From contig JBNKUM010000056.1 of assembly GCA_050298595.1 (NCBI GenBank), forward strand, positions 1 through 64,000: DNA of 64,000 bases, written 5' to 3'. Each line of letters begins with the position of its first letter. The first letter of the stretch is position 1. The notes beneath the pieces are model-generated. The model saw only the letters and a program-made list of their open reading frames with translations, was not told the DNA's origin and searched no databases. The translations under genes were made by a program, and so were the position numbers. The DNA is from Gammaproteobacteria bacterium. Lineage in GTDB: Bacteria > Pseudomonadota > Gammaproteobacteria > GCA-001735895. This document shows positions 60,891 through 64,000 of the stretch, one piece after another.

Positions 60891-61472
60891 TTAAAAGGAT
60901 GGGGGTGTACAGGCGCTAACAATGACACAGTCTTCATTAGACAGGTTTCTAAATCGATGCAGATGTCGGCTGTCGAATAGATAGGCATCCCCAGTCTTCA
61001 GTATTTGAGCCTGCTCGTTAACCGTAATCTCGATTTCTCCTGAAATAATGATCCCGCCTTCCTCGGCTTCGTGAGTGAGCATTTCTGCGCCGGTATCGGC
61101 CCCTGATGGATAGCACTCATATAATATCTGAAGACTGTGTTTGCTAGCATCGCCGACCTGTTTGAAGGATGCCTGACCAATATTTCCAGGCAGGCCGATT
61201 CGGTTAATTTCAGCAGGACTAAGTTCTTTGAGCTCATGAGACTTAAAGAAATACTTTTCCTCTTCACTATCTTCTACGCTAAAGAACTCAGATAGGCTCA
61301 TCGGAAATCCAGCAAGCACTTTTTTTAATGAGGATACCGAAGGGCTGGTACTGTTTTTTTCAATCATCGAGATCGCACCATTGGTTACATCGGTACGTTC
61401 TGCCAGCTGTCGTTGCGATAAGCCATGCGCTTTGCGAATTTCTTTCAGGCGTTTGCCTACATCTATATCCAA
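60891..61472 (-). CDS. puuR: XRE-cupin transcriptional regulator PuuR/PauR
   Basis: LSQRQLAER..TNGAISMIE..SPSVSSLKKVL; HEAEEGG cupin; divergent from gabT. Confidence 0.85.
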   Translation of the reverse strand: MDIDVGKRLKEIRKAHGLSQRQLAERTDVTNGAISMIEKNSTSPSVSSLKKVLAGFPMSLSEFFSVEDSEEEKYFFKSHELKELSPAEINRIGLPGNIGQASFKQVGDASKHSLQILYECYPSGADTGAEMLTHEAEEGGIIISGEIEITVNEQAQILKTGDAYLFDSRHLHRFRNLSNEDCVIVSACTPPSF

Positions 61473-61501
61473 GTCTTCACCTTTTCACGAATTTTTTATG
61501 A

Positions 61502-61607
61502 TGTTAAAATAATTAAACAAGCATTTTTTATTAAAATCAACAGGATGACCCATAAACTGAAGGTAAAAGTGCACTAGTTGTGGCCAATGTGTTTAAATAA
61601 TTAAATA
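61502..61607. promoter_or_regulatory. Two candidate PuuR/PauR operators
   Basis: TGTT-AAAATAATTA-AACA (61502) and TGTT-TAAATAATTA-AATA (61590) in the divergent promoter region. Confidence 0.5.
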
Positions 61608-61784
61608 TAACTTGCATTGTTTTTTAAACGATTGTAGATTTTAATAAACGATTGCTTACACTATTAATCGAAAGTCAGGGTTGTTTTCGTACCTCATTTG
61701 TTAAGATCTGAAGACTATTCAAATTCAAAAAACCGTGTTTTAGGCCATCATGACATCAAACCTATCGCCAGGAGTCTGTTAACT

Positions 61785-63110
61785 ATGTCAAATGCCGAGT
61801 TGTTAAAACGTAGAATTGCTGCCGTCCCGCGTGGTGTGGCTTCTGCAACTTCGATATTTGCGGTGAAAGCAAAAAATTCAGAAATCTGGGATGCCGATGG
61901 TAATCGCTACCTTGATTTTGCGGCCGGTATTGCGGTGTGTAATACAGGGCATTGCAACCCGAAACTGGTGGAAGCCGTTGCCAGACAGAACGATTATTTC
62001 TCGCATACTGCTTTCCAGGTAGTGCCTTATGAAAGCTATATTGCTCTGGCTGAACGTTTGAATGACAAGGCTCCGATAAAAAATGCCAAAACCATATTCA
62101 TGACCACGGGTGCTGAAGCGGTTGAAAATTCAGTCAAAATAGCACGCCATTACACCAAACGATCTGGCGTTATTGCTTTTAGTGGAGGGTTTCATGGACG
62201 CACCATGCTGACTATGGGCCTAACTGGAAAGGTGGCACCCTATAGCACAGGCTTTGGTCCATCTCCTTCCGGGGTGTATCACGCGCCATTCCCAATTGAA
62301 CATCATGGGGTGACAACTGAAAACAGTCTGGCGCATCTTCAACGCTTACTTAAATGCGATATAGAGCCCAGCGATGTGGCAGCAATAATTGTTGAACCGG
62401 TGCAGGGTGAGGGTGGTTTTCACCCCGCTCCAAAAGACTTTATGCAAGCAATACGCGCGCTATGTGATGAGCATGGGATTCTGATGATTTCTGATGAAGT
62501 ACAAACTGGTTTTGCCCGTACAGGTAAGGTGTTTGCAACAGAACATTACGATATTGAACCAGACCTGATTACAGTAGCAAAAGCGCTTGCTGGTGGATAC
62601 CCACTATCCGGTGTTATCGGTAAAGCTGAGATTATGGACTCTCCAACACCTGGTGGACTGGGCGGTACTTACGGTGGTAGCCCAATAGGCTGTGCTGCAG
62701 CACATGCTGTGCTCGATATTATCGAACAGGATGACCTCTGCTCACGAGCCGATGAAATTGGTACCATGGTGATCGAGCGGGTCAAAAAGATGAAAGCACG
62801 TAGCGATACTGCTCCTATAGGCGATATACGTGGAGTCGGAGCCATGGTTGCTTTCGAAATGGTGACTGAGCGTGGTTCAAATAAGCCCGATGCTGATGCG
62901 ACCAGGGCATTGACCAGTAAGGCTTTGGAGCATGGATTGATATTGCTCTCCTGTGGTTACTACGGTAATACCATCAGATTACTTTCACCTTTGACGATCT
63001 CAGATGAACAGCTCAATGAAGGCCTGGATATCATCGAACAGTCATTGGTTGAAATGGGAAATATAAACAGTATAACTGATCATAGCAGGCCAGTCTCTGG
63101 GCTCTTCTGA
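61785..63110 (+). CDS. gabT: 4-aminobutyrate--2-oxoglutarate transaminase
   Basis: RBS AGGAG; AVPRGV, DFAAGIAV, FHGRT, EPVQGEGG, DEVQTGFARTG, AKALAGG. Confidence 0.92.
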   Translation: MSNAELLKRRIAAVPRGVASATSIFAVKAKNSEIWDADGNRYLDFAAGIAVCNTGHCNPKLVEAVARQNDYFSHTAFQVVPYESYIALAERLNDKAPIKNAKTIFMTTGAEAVENSVKIARHYTKRSGVIAFSGGFHGRTMLTMGLTGKVAPYSTGFGPSPSGVYHAPFPIEHHGVTTENSLAHLQRLLKCDIEPSDVAAIIVEPVQGEGGFHPAPKDFMQAIRALCDEHGILMISDEVQTGFARTGKVFATEHYDIEPDLITVAKALAGGYPLSGVIGKAEIMDSPTPGGLGGTYGGSPIGCAAAHAVLDIIEQDDLCSRADEIGTMVIERVKKMKARSDTAPIGDIRGVGAMVAFEMVTERGSNKPDADATRALTSKALEHGLILLSCGYYGNTIRLLSPLTISDEQLNEGLDIIEQSLVEMGNINSITDHSRPVSGLF

Positions 63111-63264
63111 TGTCTTTGAGAGCCCAGGATCTATGTGTTCAGGGCCCACCCTTCGGGGATCAGGGGTACCCTGGATGTATTCACTATTTGAAGGAGATGT
63201 ATATTTTCGATTTCAAACAGGCCTTAATCAGTTACACTTACTATAAGATAATAACAGTACGCAA

Positions 63265-63480
63265 GTGATTGCGGTAAACGGGTGTGAGATTATGAATAAC
63301 CTAATTTATAAATTAAAATTAATAGCAGCAAAGGCTAATGTATCTGTTGCTCCGATAATCAATGCGGCAATTGATCGCATCAACTATCTGGAAGAAAAAT
63401 TGTCCGAATATGAGGATGACATCACTGATTGGCAGTCCTCTGTTGAAGCACAGATGAAGCGTAGGAAAGAGGACAGTTGA
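63265..63480 (+). CDS. Small hypothetical coiled-coil protein
   Basis: Short ORF; ATG at about 63292. Confidence 0.45.
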   Translation: MIAVNGCEIMNNLIYKLKLIAAKANVSVAPIINAAIDRINYLEEKLSEYEDDITDWQSSVEAQMKRRKEDS

Positions 63481-63599
63481 AGCTCTTTTTATAAAATTCT
63501 GAATGGTTTCCCAGTGACATCATACATTACCACCATTGGACAGGAATTAATGTTGAGGTGATACTTAGCGCTAAAAACCTATAAATTGTTCTCAGGTGT

Positions 63600-64000
63600 A
63601 TGATGTCCATCTTCTCCTCATCCCTTGCTCGGCTCAATCTGCAAACGCGTTTAATGATGGCATTTGCTACTGTTGTTCTAATCCAGGCGGTCGTCACTGG
63701 TGCCATTACCATGCGTTATATACAGGTTGAACTGGAACAACGCATCGGTGATCAAGCTTTACAGTTATCCAATATCGTTTCTAACTTACCTCAAATCAGA
63801 CAGGGACTTGCTGAACGCAATGTGGATATGGTTCAACCCATTGCCGAGCAAATCCGTAAAAATACTGATGCACGTTTTATAGTCGTGGGTGATCGCGATG
63901 GAATTCGTTTTTCTCATCCTATTCCCGAGCGTATTGGAAAGAAAAGAGTGGGAGGAGACAATGCTCGTGCGCTTGAAAATGGTGAATCCTATGTATCGCG
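63600..64000 (+). CDS. CitA/DcuS-family sensor histidine kinase (partial, runs off the window)
   Basis: Open frame from the ATG at 63600: TM helix, then FIVVGDRDGIRFSHPIPERIGK...GGDN..AL..GESYVS (sCache carboxylate-sensor motif). Confidence 0.8.
   Translation, partial: MMSIFSSSLARLNLQTRLMMAFATVVLIQAVVTGAITMRYIQVELEQRIGDQALQLSNIVSNLPQIRQGLAERNVDMVQPIAEQIRKNTDARFIVVGDRDGIRFSHPIPERIGKKRVGGDNARALENGESYVS

Noticed and set aside
63090-63175. Hairpins after gabT as an ncRNA
   Set aside because: More simply explained as terminator or stability stems; no family features.
1-64000. tRNA, rRNA, integron integrase, intact reverse transcriptase, prophage or defence operon
   Set aside because: None recognised in the sequence or the ORF track.

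Overview
Chromosomal window from a gammaproteobacterium-like genome (iscRSU, pepN, recJ, dsbC and native rarA relic look gamma-type; taxonomy is inference). Housekeeping blocks (DUF1674-sdhCDAB-sdhE, iscRSU, attenuator-controlled ilvBN, ald, umuDC, Lon-like protease, pepN...recJ, moaA-fdhD, puuR/gabT) alternate with accessory and eroded DNA. At 1-1360 there is an integron cassette remnant with no integrase in the window: two attC sites, an ORF-less cassette, a PEP-CTERM-like cassette and two group IIC-attC intron ends. A foreign-looking full-length rarA lies next to the decayed native rarA. A GC-rich six-gene Ehr operon (hydrogenase-4-like, no NiFe cysteines) follows an IS110 scar. About ten gene relics are scattered through the window. 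The most unusual signal is a family of 44-48 nt double-hairpin micro-elements with GGA loops and covarying stems. They are inserted into intron domain V, nested inside one another, and amplified in tandem inside an inverted pair of ~500-bp MITE-like elements with terminal inverted repeats. All calls come from reading the sequence and recognising motifs; no searches were run.
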